A stretch of 64,000 nt of DNA from the human T2T-CHM13v2.0 reference genome, Homo sapiens, in NCBI RefSeq assembly GCF_009914755.1, contig NC_060934.1; one strand, 5' to 3'. Of this stretch, positions 51,120-64,000 are shown piece by piece. The translations under genes were made by a program, and so were the position numbers. The notes beneath the pieces were generated by a model. That model searched no databases and was not told the DNA's origin. It saw only the letters and a program-made list of their open reading frames with translations. Numbering within the stretch: position 1 is the first letter of the stretch; every line of letters begins with the position of its first letter.

Positions 51120-51879
51120 TTTTTTTTTTGAGAGAGAGGGTCTTGTTCTCTCGCTCAGGCTGGAGTATGGTGGTGCAGTTATAGCTCCCTGCAGCCTTTA
51201 ACTCCTGAGCTCAAGTGATCCTCTCCCCTCAGTCTTCCCAGTAGCTAGGGCTAGAGGTGTGCACCACCACGCCCAGCTAACTTTTTATTTTTTGTAGAGA
51301 TGGGGTCTTGCTATGTTGCCCAGGCTGGTCTGAAACTCCTGGCCTCAAGTAATCTTCTTATCTTGGCTTCCGAAAGTGCTGGGATTACTGGCGTGAGCCG
51401 CCACACCCAGCCTTAAAAATTTTTTTTGGATTGTTACTCTTAATGCATCCCCAGTAGGTCTGTGTTCTTCTCCTTCAGATGCTGGGTGGTTCTTGTATGC
51501 TTCGGAGAATACTTGGGGATTTACTCCTTTGGTGGGGGCTCTTGCCACCCCATACATGTACACTAGGTAGATAAATATCTCTGCCCATGAACTGGGTGAA
51601 GCAGCCTCTCCCCCAGCCACTCCAGGGAGAGGTAGAGGTGGTAGAACAGGCAAGTCTCTTGCCCAGCTCCACCCTTTGAGAATGTGGCAGGGCTGAAACC
51701 CAAATATCTGACTCTGTGATGTGCCAGGCATATCCACTTACGTTCTGGAATCTCAAGCTCGGGGTGGACAGACCCAGGGCCCTGTTTGGGGCTGGTTGGG
51801 CTTGGCACTGTGGTTGCAAGAGAGTCTGCTTCTTGTGTGGGCTGTGTGGCTATTCTTGAGGGAGTAATTGGGCAACTTC

Positions 51880-52905
51880 TCCATTTGCTCAGTAAGTATG
51901 TACTGAGTGCCAAGCACCCTGCTGGCTGTGAACAGACGTGGTCCTTGGCCACATGGAGCTTACAGTCTTGTAGGGGGCAGACAGTAAACACATAGTCATG
52001 CAAATTACACATGATCATACATAGAATTATGTAGTATTATATATGCTGGTGACTCCTCCCACATTTATAATTTCAGCCCATTCTCTGCAACTTCAGCCTT
52101 GGATATTCTGCTGCCTGCTCACCACACCTGCTGTCTAAAAGGCTTCCTAGTTTAACGTGTCCAAAACAGAATGAACCCCCATCCCATCCCTGTACCTCCC
52201 AAAGTCTTTCCCATCCCAGTTCATGATGATTTCATCCTTCCGCTTGCCAAGGCCCCTAAAATTCTCGTCGTCCCTGACTTCTCCCTTTCTCTCACACTTC
52301 ACATCCATTTAATCAATAAATCCTGTTGGTTTTGCCTTAAATATGTCCCGAACCTGACTCTGACCATCTCCACCACTTTCACCCTGGTCTGAGCTACCAC
52401 TGGCCTGTGAACTCACCTTCCTGCTTCCTCCCTTGTCTCCCGACAGACTATTTCCATCCCACTAGCCAGCGTGATACTCTAAACTGTAAGTCAGATTTCA
52501 TTACTCCTTTGCTCAAGCCTTCCTGTGACACTGCATCTCATTCAAGACTTCTTGTGTTGGTCTACAAGATATGATATGATTTTCACCTGCTCACCTTTCT
52601 TAAGCCATCTCATGCTCTCCATCACCTTGTTCAACCCCCCGATATCTGAATGGGTCCCTCTCTCTCCTTGTCCCAGTCTCCTATTTAAGGAATCAAACCC
52701 TCCCAGGCCATTTCATTTAAAATTATCCCCTTCCCTCTATCACCTGCTCTCGGCATTATGTACCTCCCTTTCCTGTTTTATTTTGTTCCATTGCTTATGT
52801 CATCCTCTGATATTGGTTGTCTCCCCTTGCTCCATGTTGTCAGAGATTTTTATTTGTTCACTCTGTGATACCAAGAGCAGTGCCTGGTAAATAGTTGTTG
52901 GATAA
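51880..52905. mobile_element. L2 fragments
   Basis: tactgagtgccaagc...ggagcttacagtct; atccatttaatcaataaatcctgttggttttgcc; tgtaagtcagatttcattactcctttgctca. Confidence 0.6.
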
Positions 52906-54679
52906 AACTAGAGTTGGTGAAGTCTATAGAAAAGCATAAGTGAACACGTCTGATTGATCTCCTACCTTAGATGGGTGTTAAGGCAGGTATCTTAATGAAG
53001 GGACTTAAACTGCAACCTCAGAGTGGTGTTCTATCTCTGGGACTGGCTTCTCTCTTGCCCCAGGCTTGCGTAAGTTCTTAGATACCTGGGATATATATGA
53101 CTCCTGTGGTTTGGGTGCCTCTTGCTGGGAGATACCAGGGCTGAAGCAGGAGGGCAAAGTGAAGCTCACTATTGGGGTCCTAACCAGGCAGTAGCACCTT
53201 CTTGCCATTTTATGTGTGCACCTATGTCAGAGTGGACCCCCCTCTTCCAGGCACACGTGATGTTTGTAGTCCTTAACTCGCAGGGCAGGGATAGGGTGGC
53301 CTAATAGACTACAAGGGAGGAAGTTAGGTGATGTGGATTCCAGGCATCTCTTACCCATCAACTTGCTGGAGAATTTTTAGAATCATAGAATTTTAGAGCT
53401 GAAAAGGAACCTAAAGATTTCTATAACCTCTTTTTTCTTACCCAGCCATTAGAAAGAGAACAAAGGTATGTCTGTCCCCTGCCTAGTTCACAGAAACATG
53501 GTGCAACCTACATAAAAACTGCATGTGCTCCTTTAAGTTGTGAGTGTGTGGAGGTCAAGATATTATAGGGAAGTGGTTGAGGTCAAGTGTATTCAAAGGA
53601 GAGGAGGTCTAGTCTCTGCCACTTTCTTGAGTGGTAATCTTGGGCAGGTCATTTGTTTCTTCCTCAGTTGATCCCCCGTTTTAAAAAGATAATATTTCCA
53701 GTTTCCTTCACAGAGATGTTATGGAGATAAAATAAGCTAATGGTGGTTTAAAAATTACTTTCATGGCTACACAGTGTGCTCAGATATGAGGTCCCAACAC
53801 AGAGTTTCATCTGGCATTGGTGGAAAATGAAGCCTGGGGTCTCTGCTCCTTCCTAGTTGTTTGTGTGACTTTGGACAAGCCTCTTGATCTCTTTGAGCCT
53901 CAGTTTCCCCATTTGTGCCATGAGGTGACTGCCACCCTGATCACCTTTCAGAGAGGTTGTAAGATTAAAGTGAGACCCTGGATGAAAAGAGATTTTGTGA
54001 TCTTAGAAAGTTTCTATTATTCCAAGCTACCAGGATTTTTACACACAAAAGCCATAGCCAGTGATTTTTCCCACTAGATCATTGAAGCTTACTCTTTTTT
54101 AAGGAGCAAAACTATAAAAGAAATGTTTAAAAACTATTTTTGGATGGGAATCTTTCTGAAACGAATGATATGCTTCTGAGCAAAATATTAATATACAGCT
54201 CAGAAAGAACCTCTGGTTTGGGACTAGGGGTTGTTGAGTTCATACCGGTGTGTACAGAGCGCCTGCTTGGTGAGAGTGGGACCACAAAAGGTTCTTTCTC
54301 TCAAAAGTGTTACCTCCCAAAGAAGAGACCTGGGGTGGGGGAGGGACCTAGTGGTGGGCAGAGGGAAATTGCTGGGGGAGAGCCCACTCCGGGAGTGCCC
54401 TGCCTCAAGGTTCCAAGTAGCAACACTGGCACTGCAGGAAGGCTCTTAAATCCTGTTCAAGGCTCTGAGTGGGAAGAGCCAGTCCTACCCGGTCAGTTAC
54501 TGTGCTTATAGTAGTGTGAGGCCACGGGGCTTGTGAGACTCTAGGGCAGTGGGCCCCAAACTACGTGGTTCCCAGCTGTTGGGCTTTGGGGGTTCATGTT
54601 TCCACCTACAATCATTGCTGTGTCTTCTGCCTGGTAGACAGTAGTCACTTCTCTTTTTTTTCTTTCCTTTTTCTTTTTT

Positions 54680-56230
<1,551 letters not shown>

Positions 56231-57735
56231 TTAGCAGCAGCTCACCTTTGCAGGGTGTTTGCCATGTACTAGGAGCATCACGTGCAGTATTTGGGTTAAT
56301 TCTCACAACCACCCTATGGGTGGATTCTGTTATCACCTTTTCACAGATGAAGAAGCTGAGCCTTAGAAAGGTAATGTCTGCTGCCTAAGGTCACACAGCT
56401 TGTAAACTGCAGAGCTGGGACTGGAACCCAGGTGTCTGATCTCAGAGCCCACGCTTTGGGCCAGTGTGTAGTTTGTCCTCATGAGAATGGGAAGAAGAGA
56501 ACGCTTTTTTGTTTTGTTTTGTTTTTTAATGAGTTTATTATTGAGCACCTTCAGGCACCACTTTGCTGGATCCCTTCACAAACATCATCTCATTTGATTC
56601 TCCCTATTTTACCTATGGGAACATGCCTACCTATTTTACATATGGGAAAGCTGATGGCCAGGAAAATGAATGGATTGCCAGTGGTTATGATGCTAAGAGA
56701 CAGAGCTGGAACTCAGCCTGAGGATGTTGATTCATTCCAGTGCTCACAGCTCGTTCCATTGTGCTGTGAGCCCTGACCAGCTCCCACCCCACCCCCATGG
56801 AAAGAAGCTGGTAGGTCAGCTGTGAAGTCTGCAAAACTCCAAGGACTATAGCCACTGCTTTCCTTTCACATTGCTGTCCCTTCTTCCTTTAATTTCCCCA
56901 CCCCCAGACCACCACCTCCACACCTAGAAGCCATGTGAGTCCATCATCTTGGATCAAAGTGCTTGGCACATAGTAGGTGCTCAATAAATATGCGTTGAAT
57001 GTTGTTTGAGGGCTCGGTGTGCTAGAGGCAATAGAATCTCAGCCAAGATTGTGTTCCTAAAGAGAAACACAAGTAGAATGCAAATATTGTTGTTTCCTCC
57101 TCCTTCTCCCAGAGCAAACCTCCGCTTTCCAACACCCAGATGCCAGGGACTTGAAGAAAAGATTGTCCTTGCTCTGCAAACTTTGAATTATTCCCAAATT
57201 CCCAAAGGAAAAGAGGCACAGAGAGTCATGTTAGCAAAGTGCTTGCAGAATCAGGTGTCACTCTTCGTAATTAATAAGATTAACAATCTCTTTCTTCTCT
57301 CAGCATTTTGCAGTTTTCAAAATGCTTTCTCAAGTATTAGATATCATTTGATCTCCACAGCCATCCTGTTAGATAGGCAAGGCAGGACTCATTTTTCCCG
57401 TTTTATAGGTGAGGACACTGAGACTTGGTGAGGATGTTAAGATACTCAAGGTTATTGACTGAATAAGTGGCAGAAATCATAGAGAGGGCAGCGGTTCCAC
57501 TACTTTCTTTGCAGAGCCTCAGTTTCTGCATCTGTAAAATGGGGTAAGCATACATCATTTAGAGTAGTGAAGCGTGAAATGTGATCATGTGTGTGTGATG
57601 TGATCAGCACAGTGCCCACACACAGCACGGCGCCCACACACAGCACAGCGGATGCTTAGATGGGGAACAACGCAAAGCTCATTGTTCCACTGATGACTTA
57701 TATTGTACTGACCCTTGTTCCACCCCCACTTTTAG

Positions 57736-58462
<727 letters not shown>

Positions 58463-61400
58463 ATGAATTTCCTTTGATTTGTAAAATCTGAGGTCTGTCA
58501 AAGAGAACATCTATAAGATAGTTTTCCTTTGGTGACAGGTCATTATGACAAATGTTTTATTCATTTAGTACAAATTTGCATTTTATTATCCCAGCTCCTC
58601 CAACTCATTAGCTATGTAACCTCGGGTAAGTTATTTTGAATTTTGAGGCCTCAGTTTTCTTATCTGTGAAATGGAGATAACAGTATCTACTCCATAGGGC
58701 TGTCATAAGAATTAGATGAATTACTGCACATCAGGTCTTGAGAATGGTGCCTGGGACATATTACCTACTCAGTAAGCATTAGTTATTATTTTTACTATTC
58801 TCGCCATGCTTGATGCTATATTATAGCCAGCTGCCCCCAGCCTTACAGTTCCCCCTACGTTGAGATATACGGCCAGTGAAGTTCATGTGCAAAACCTGAC
58901 TTCTTCAGTGTGTCCTGGGTTATCTACTGTTCGACCCATTTATTCAGGAAGGCAAATCCGAAGCAAGTTGCAAGATAGTGTCATTATCATAGAGATAGCC
59001 TTGAATCCAGCTTGAATCAACTCTCATTAGTAGCAAATCACTTGCAACACACCCTACATACAATTCTTGCTGATCTCAGCAACAACCAGAGGCTACTTTT
59101 CTAGGCTATCTCCACATAGATGGAAACATTTCTTGCCAGTAGGTCAAGGCTGTGAGTGCCCTCTGTTTGTGGTGGCCCATCTTCAGCTTGGCAGAACACC
59201 TCCGAGTCCCCAGGGCTTCCTTCCTGGAGCTTTGTGTATTTCTCTGATACATATTGTCAGCCGCAGATACCTCCTCTGTGAACTTCCAAGGCACTGCTGA
59301 TAAACTTCCACATCAGAGCCTCTTTCGCACTTGATGAGCATCCCCGCATACCTAGATTCAAAATTGCTGTTCGATTTCTTGTATACTGCTACTGATTGCA
59401 CACTGATTGTGCAGCAGGCACTGTAGTAGGTACTTACACACATCTCATCTAATCCTCCTGATAGTCCACTGAGGTAGAGATTCTCCTTTAGGGGAGAGGT
59501 TCAGTGATGTTAACTGTGTGTCTTGAGGGGGTGGGGGTACACACAGTGAGAATGAAATATTTGGGTCATCAGTCTCAGGTTCCTTCCATGCAATACCCAC
59601 CTGACTGTCAACTTCAACAAAGGACTCCCTGGGCCCTAAACAGGTATCTCTGGTTTACTGATGTCACTGCCACTCATGACTAGCAAATAGTCTACTTCTG
59701 CCAATTCTTGCACTATATATCTGAATGTGCCAGAAAGTGCACTTTGTGACAACCTTCATGGATTTGTCCCTCCTTCCACCTCTTCCTACCTCCCACGCAG
59801 TGTCTGGGACACAGACCACACTGTCCTCTGTTATATGGGATACTACACATGGCATTGATTTTTTTTTTTAACTTAGTGAAAGCGCTCTGTTCCCCCAAAA
59901 TAGACTGTCACATGGATGAGCATTTCATTTCCCAAGACTTCACAGCAGCTCCAGGAATTGCCATCACTGAAATCAGTATAATTTATTAATCTCCTACCAT
60001 GTGTGTGGTAGGCACACCACAGTGATTCTTGACATCACTGTTTACAGTTTTCACATCTACCCTGTAAGGGCAGGCCTAATTTATGTCCATTTTACAGATG
60101 AGGAAACTGAGGCTGTGGGGGGAGTGTTGAGACACTTGCTCATGAGAGTGGAGGAGCTGCTGTTTGAATCCTGGGAGTTGTATCCTGGAGGCTTACACCT
60201 TAGCCAGTATGGGAAACTGCCTCTCAATATTTACTACATCGGCCTTATCCCAGCTACTGTGTTGGGGAGGGGAACACAGCATGGAGAGTCAGTTCATCTC
60301 CTCAAGGAGTTCAGAGTGACGGACTGAATAATACTGGAGTTTCTGTGGTTGGTTTTTATTTTTTCCAAATCTATTTCCACATGTCCCCATCCCTGGCCCC
60401 TGGCCCAGGCAGCAGATCCAAGAGTCCACACAGAGACACACAGAGAGCCAAGGGTCCAGGGGAGCTGAGGAGGCAGTTCCCGGGGGGACAGCAGCACTTT
60501 GTAATGTGTGTTTACACCCCAGGCTGACTCCTCCATTTCCTCTTTGCCCTTCTCCCCTATACTCTCATATCAGATCCACAGAGCCAAGAGCTCATTTAGG
60601 TCTGGCTCAGTGTGATAGTCCTGCTGTTGCCTGGTCCATGTCTGGCTACTGAGGAGACAGGAGGCCTTATTTGGCCATAACTTATTGCTTGTATGACTTT
60701 TTATAAGGCCCAAATGACATTTCTTAGAAACCCACATGCTGTATGCACTGTTATTTATGATGTCTTCCTAAGGACAGAATGGGCCAGTCTTCAGGGTCAG
60801 TAGGCAAAAGCAAAGCTACATTGGGCCCTTGAATCTGCAGCTAACCCCTCCTGTTTGCAGCTGAGCCTAGCTGTGTCCTGCTGTGACACATGTCCCATGG
60901 AAGATTCAGGGCCTAGATGTCTGATCCATCACTGAGCACCAAGCAGTTTTTCTGCAGCCCTGGACAGAAGTGTTCAGCCTGCTGCTTTTGACAGTACCAT
61001 TCCTTGGGCATTTGTCTGTGATGGGGCCATAGCCCAGAGCAAGTGTGCAAGGAGAGACTTCCGCCCAAAGGCCCTGTCCTTCATGTGTCTGGCCCACCCT
61101 CTGGTGCTAGTTTGGGTAGGGATGGATGGGGACCCCTTTTGCAGGCTGCACCTGGGGCCTCAATTCTAGAGATTAAATGATCTCTTTTTCAAAACTTGTG
61201 AGGTTGGCAGGCTTGCACAGAATCCTTCCTTGCCTTTTAGGGGAAGGGAATTGGTATTGCTGGGGAATTCAGCTGGAAGAACTTGGGACTGGTTCAGAGG
61301 GGTCAAGCCACTGTCTGTGGTCTGCTCTGCACAGAGGTGGTGCTGGTATCCGATCCAGGAAATCTGACTCCCTTTCCTGTGCCCTTTCTAAAATTCCACC

Positions 61401-61917
61401 CTGCCTCATTCCTGCAAATGTGTGTGCACATATTATACATGTATATCTCATCATCCAGATGGCTTATGGTCTACTTGGGAGAGGAAGCAAAGACAAATAA
61501 AGGTGTAATACCACTTCAAACAAGACAGCATGTAGACAAGTGCTAAGTCATACAGTGTAGACAAGTTGAGACAAAGGCAACATGTAGACCCTTTTAACAA
61601 GAGTTGGGATGAGAGAGGTCCCTGGGAGCTCGAGTTACGGAGGGAAGATTTCTGAAGGTGGTGGGACTCAAGTTGCTCCTTGGGGGATTGGGATAGGACA
61701 GATATTGGAAGTAAGTGGGCATAGTTTGTAGAAGGGTTAGTGATTTGAGGAAGTGGTGCAGGTTGGAGAGAAGCAAGCAGTACAGTCTTCTTTATTGTAA
61801 AAGTTATGTGTGCTCATGTAAAAAATGTGAACGATATGAGAAAGCTCAAAGAAGAAAATCTTTGTACTCTTACCCAGACAGAGTCTCCATTCTCATTTGG
61901 TATTTATCTGCCTGTTT

Positions 61918-62192
61918 CTTTTTATTTAGAGATAGGGTCTTATTCTGTTGCCCAGGTTGGAGTGCAGTGGAGCTATTATAGTTCACTGCAGCCTTGAACT
62001 CCTGCGTTCAAGTGATCCTCCCACCCCACCTCCTGAGTACCTAAGACTACAGGTGCGGGCTACCACACCCAGCTAATTTCTGTATTTTTTATAGAGATGG
62101 GGTCTCGCCGTGTTGCCCAGGCTGGTCTCAAACTCCTGGCCACAAGCACTTCTCCCACCTTGGCTTCCCAAAGTGCTGGGATTACAGGTGCC
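61918..62192 (-). mobile_element. Alu (AluJ-like)
   Basis: Antisense Alu consensus. Confidence 0.82.
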
Positions 62193-63667
62193 TCTTTTTC
62201 TTTTCTTTCTTTCTTTTTTTTTTTTTAAAGGCATTGAGATCAAATCTGTTGTGTCCACCAAGATTATGGAAGGTATCGAATAGTATATGGGGACGCTTAG
62301 GTCAAAGGGAGCCTCTGTTGCTTCTTGCTCAAGGGGTGCAGATGAATGTAGTTGTTTGAGAAGAGACACTCAACATCTGTGAGCAGGCAGGATGGGAGCC
62401 TGGGACGAAGCACTGGCTTTACCACCCCAGACTTGGGACTCTTTCATTACCCACTGCATGAGAGTCTCAGGTTTACCATTCTCCACTGCTGCCCCAGGGG
62501 CTCAGAGAAATAATTTCTCCTGAATTGTCTCAAAAGCTTGTTCCCCACCTGCCACCCTCATCCCTCCCCATCCCCCAAATTCCTCTCTTTTCCATTTACT
62601 GCCCAGTTTCTTAAGCATTTCTCCTCCCCTAGAGTTGTTGGGGACACAGCCGGTTTTGCCACACTGCAAACCTTTGCTGCTGCATGAGGTCATTTCAGGG
62701 GAGAAACTATATATAGCGGAGGACTAGCATCAGGACAGCTCCACGTTGTTCAGGCCGGTTAGCATCGCCCTTCCGCTGATGCAGGCAGGGTCACCTCGGA
62801 TTCAGCACTCATCCAGTGGGAGTGTGGTCAGGAGCCCCGAGGAACCGGGGCAAGGTCGTCTTATCTTCATTGCCCTCTCTGTGTAAGCCCATGAATCTCT
62901 GGTTCCTCATCTGAGTGATGAAGGAGTTGGTCTGGGAGGGGAATTTTGCACCGTTTTTCAAAGCTACTTGAACCCTTTCTGGGGTAAGCTTACAATGTAG
63001 CTTGATATGTACAACCAACTGGGTACTGCACTGGTTGAAGCCGGAGAGAATGGCCCCCCAAAGGGTTCCACTTATGTCCTGGGGTCCTAGAGGGCACACA
63101 GTTTGAAAACCACTGAGCAAGCTGATCCTCTGAGGTTTCTTTCAGAGAGTCTGGCCTCGTGCATAGGATCTGGCATAAATAACGCATAAGCAGGGTTGCA
63201 AGCTCTGTGACCTTTGGAGACATTGATGATCATCTTGGGTAGCCTGGGGGTGTGGCATAGGGACAGATCTCAGGGCAGAGTCTTTTGGAGTTGGGGCAGC
63301 TAGGCCATAGCACAGTTTGCAGATGCAGTTGGACTTGCTGGCCTGCATGTTGAAGGGCTGTTTCTTTTTCTGCCTGCTCCTGCCTGCCTTTCTTTTTAGC
63401 ACTGAGTTGCCCCAAAGAAGAGATGAAAATGAGGATTTAATGCATTTCAGGCAAGGAAAGAGCATTTAATTTAAGTTGTGTGTGGCTGAGTTACACATTT
63501 TATAGAGAGAGTATTTGTCGAGCACAGTGGTGCCTTTGGCAGATATAGGAAAGCCAGAACGTGGGGCCAGTTTTTCTTCATTCAGCAAGTATTTGTAGAG
63601 CGCCAGCTTTGTATTCCTGGAGAAGCAGAGAAGCGCAAGGGAGATCCCAGCTGTGTTAGAGCTCCTT

Positions 63668-64000
63668 GATTGCAAGTAACAGAAACCAACTGAATCCAGC
63701 TTAAGCAAAAAGGGTGATTTATGATAGGGCTTCATGGAGGACTCAGGACCCCACGGCAGGGTTGCTGCCTGGCCTTAAGCAGGGATTAGAAAAACCTTGT
63801 TAGATTCTCCCTCTCTCTCAGCTCTGCTTCTCTTTGAGCTTCCTTCACTTCTCTGCAGCCTGGCTTTCCCCTCCTGAGCCCACACGGTCCCAAATGTTCC
63901 TGCTGCAGCTCCAGCCACACTCAGATGTACTGAGATCTCCCAGTCCAAAGTCCATATTCCCATGGGAGAAAGAGAGTCTGGTTGGCACAGCCTGGGTCAC
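63668..64000. mobile_element. MaLR LTR (MLT1-like) fragment
   Basis: ttgcaagtaacagaaaccaactgaatccagcttaagcaaaaaggg...tttat resembles an old MLT1 terminus. Confidence 0.55.

Noticed and set aside
59327-59412. C/D-box snoRNA-like layout (TTGATGA 59331 ... CTGA 59392/59403, gcac/gtgc ends) on the sense strand of the UBTD1 intron
   Set aside because: The C box lacks its purine, the terminal stem does not fit kink-turn register, and I see no rRNA or snRNA guide. An Infernal/snoscan hit or small-RNA reads would be needed.
61525-61590. Repeated tgtagacaagt motifs resembling p53 half-sites
   Set aside because: No pair of properly spaced RRRCWWGYYY half-sites; consistent with short local duplications.

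Overview
Human-type (primate, Alu-rich) genomic DNA that I recognise as the ZDHHC16-MMS19-UBTD1 locus (10q24, from recall). The window holds three genes. (1) The 3' ten coding exons of ZDHHC16 (+, 1-5074; polyA signal 5527), including a minor-spliceosome (U12) intron immediately after the DHHC motif. (2) The complete 31-exon MMS19 gene (-, ATG 46577 to stop 6875); the exons I traced sum to 3093 nt = 1030 aa + stop. (3) Coding exon 1 of UBTD1 (+, 47397-47466) and the start of its long first intron. MMS19 and UBTD1 share a head-to-head CpG-island promoter; ZDHHC16 and MMS19 converge tail-to-tail about 1 kb apart. Almost all ORFs in the supplied track are Alu-derived, antisense or intronic noise. 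The most unusual structure is in MMS19 intron 3 (26.8-28.6 kb), a four-layer nest: MER58 > Alu monomer > an L1-retrocopied, apparently spliced ERV1 (MER61-like) RNA (R-U5-PBS(Gly)-env tail-PPT-U3-R-polyA) > a 5'-truncated LDHA 3'UTR retrocopy with its own target-site duplication. I see no evidence of a novel protein-coding system. Gene and repeat family names come from recalled sequences, not from a search, and repeat boundaries are approximate.
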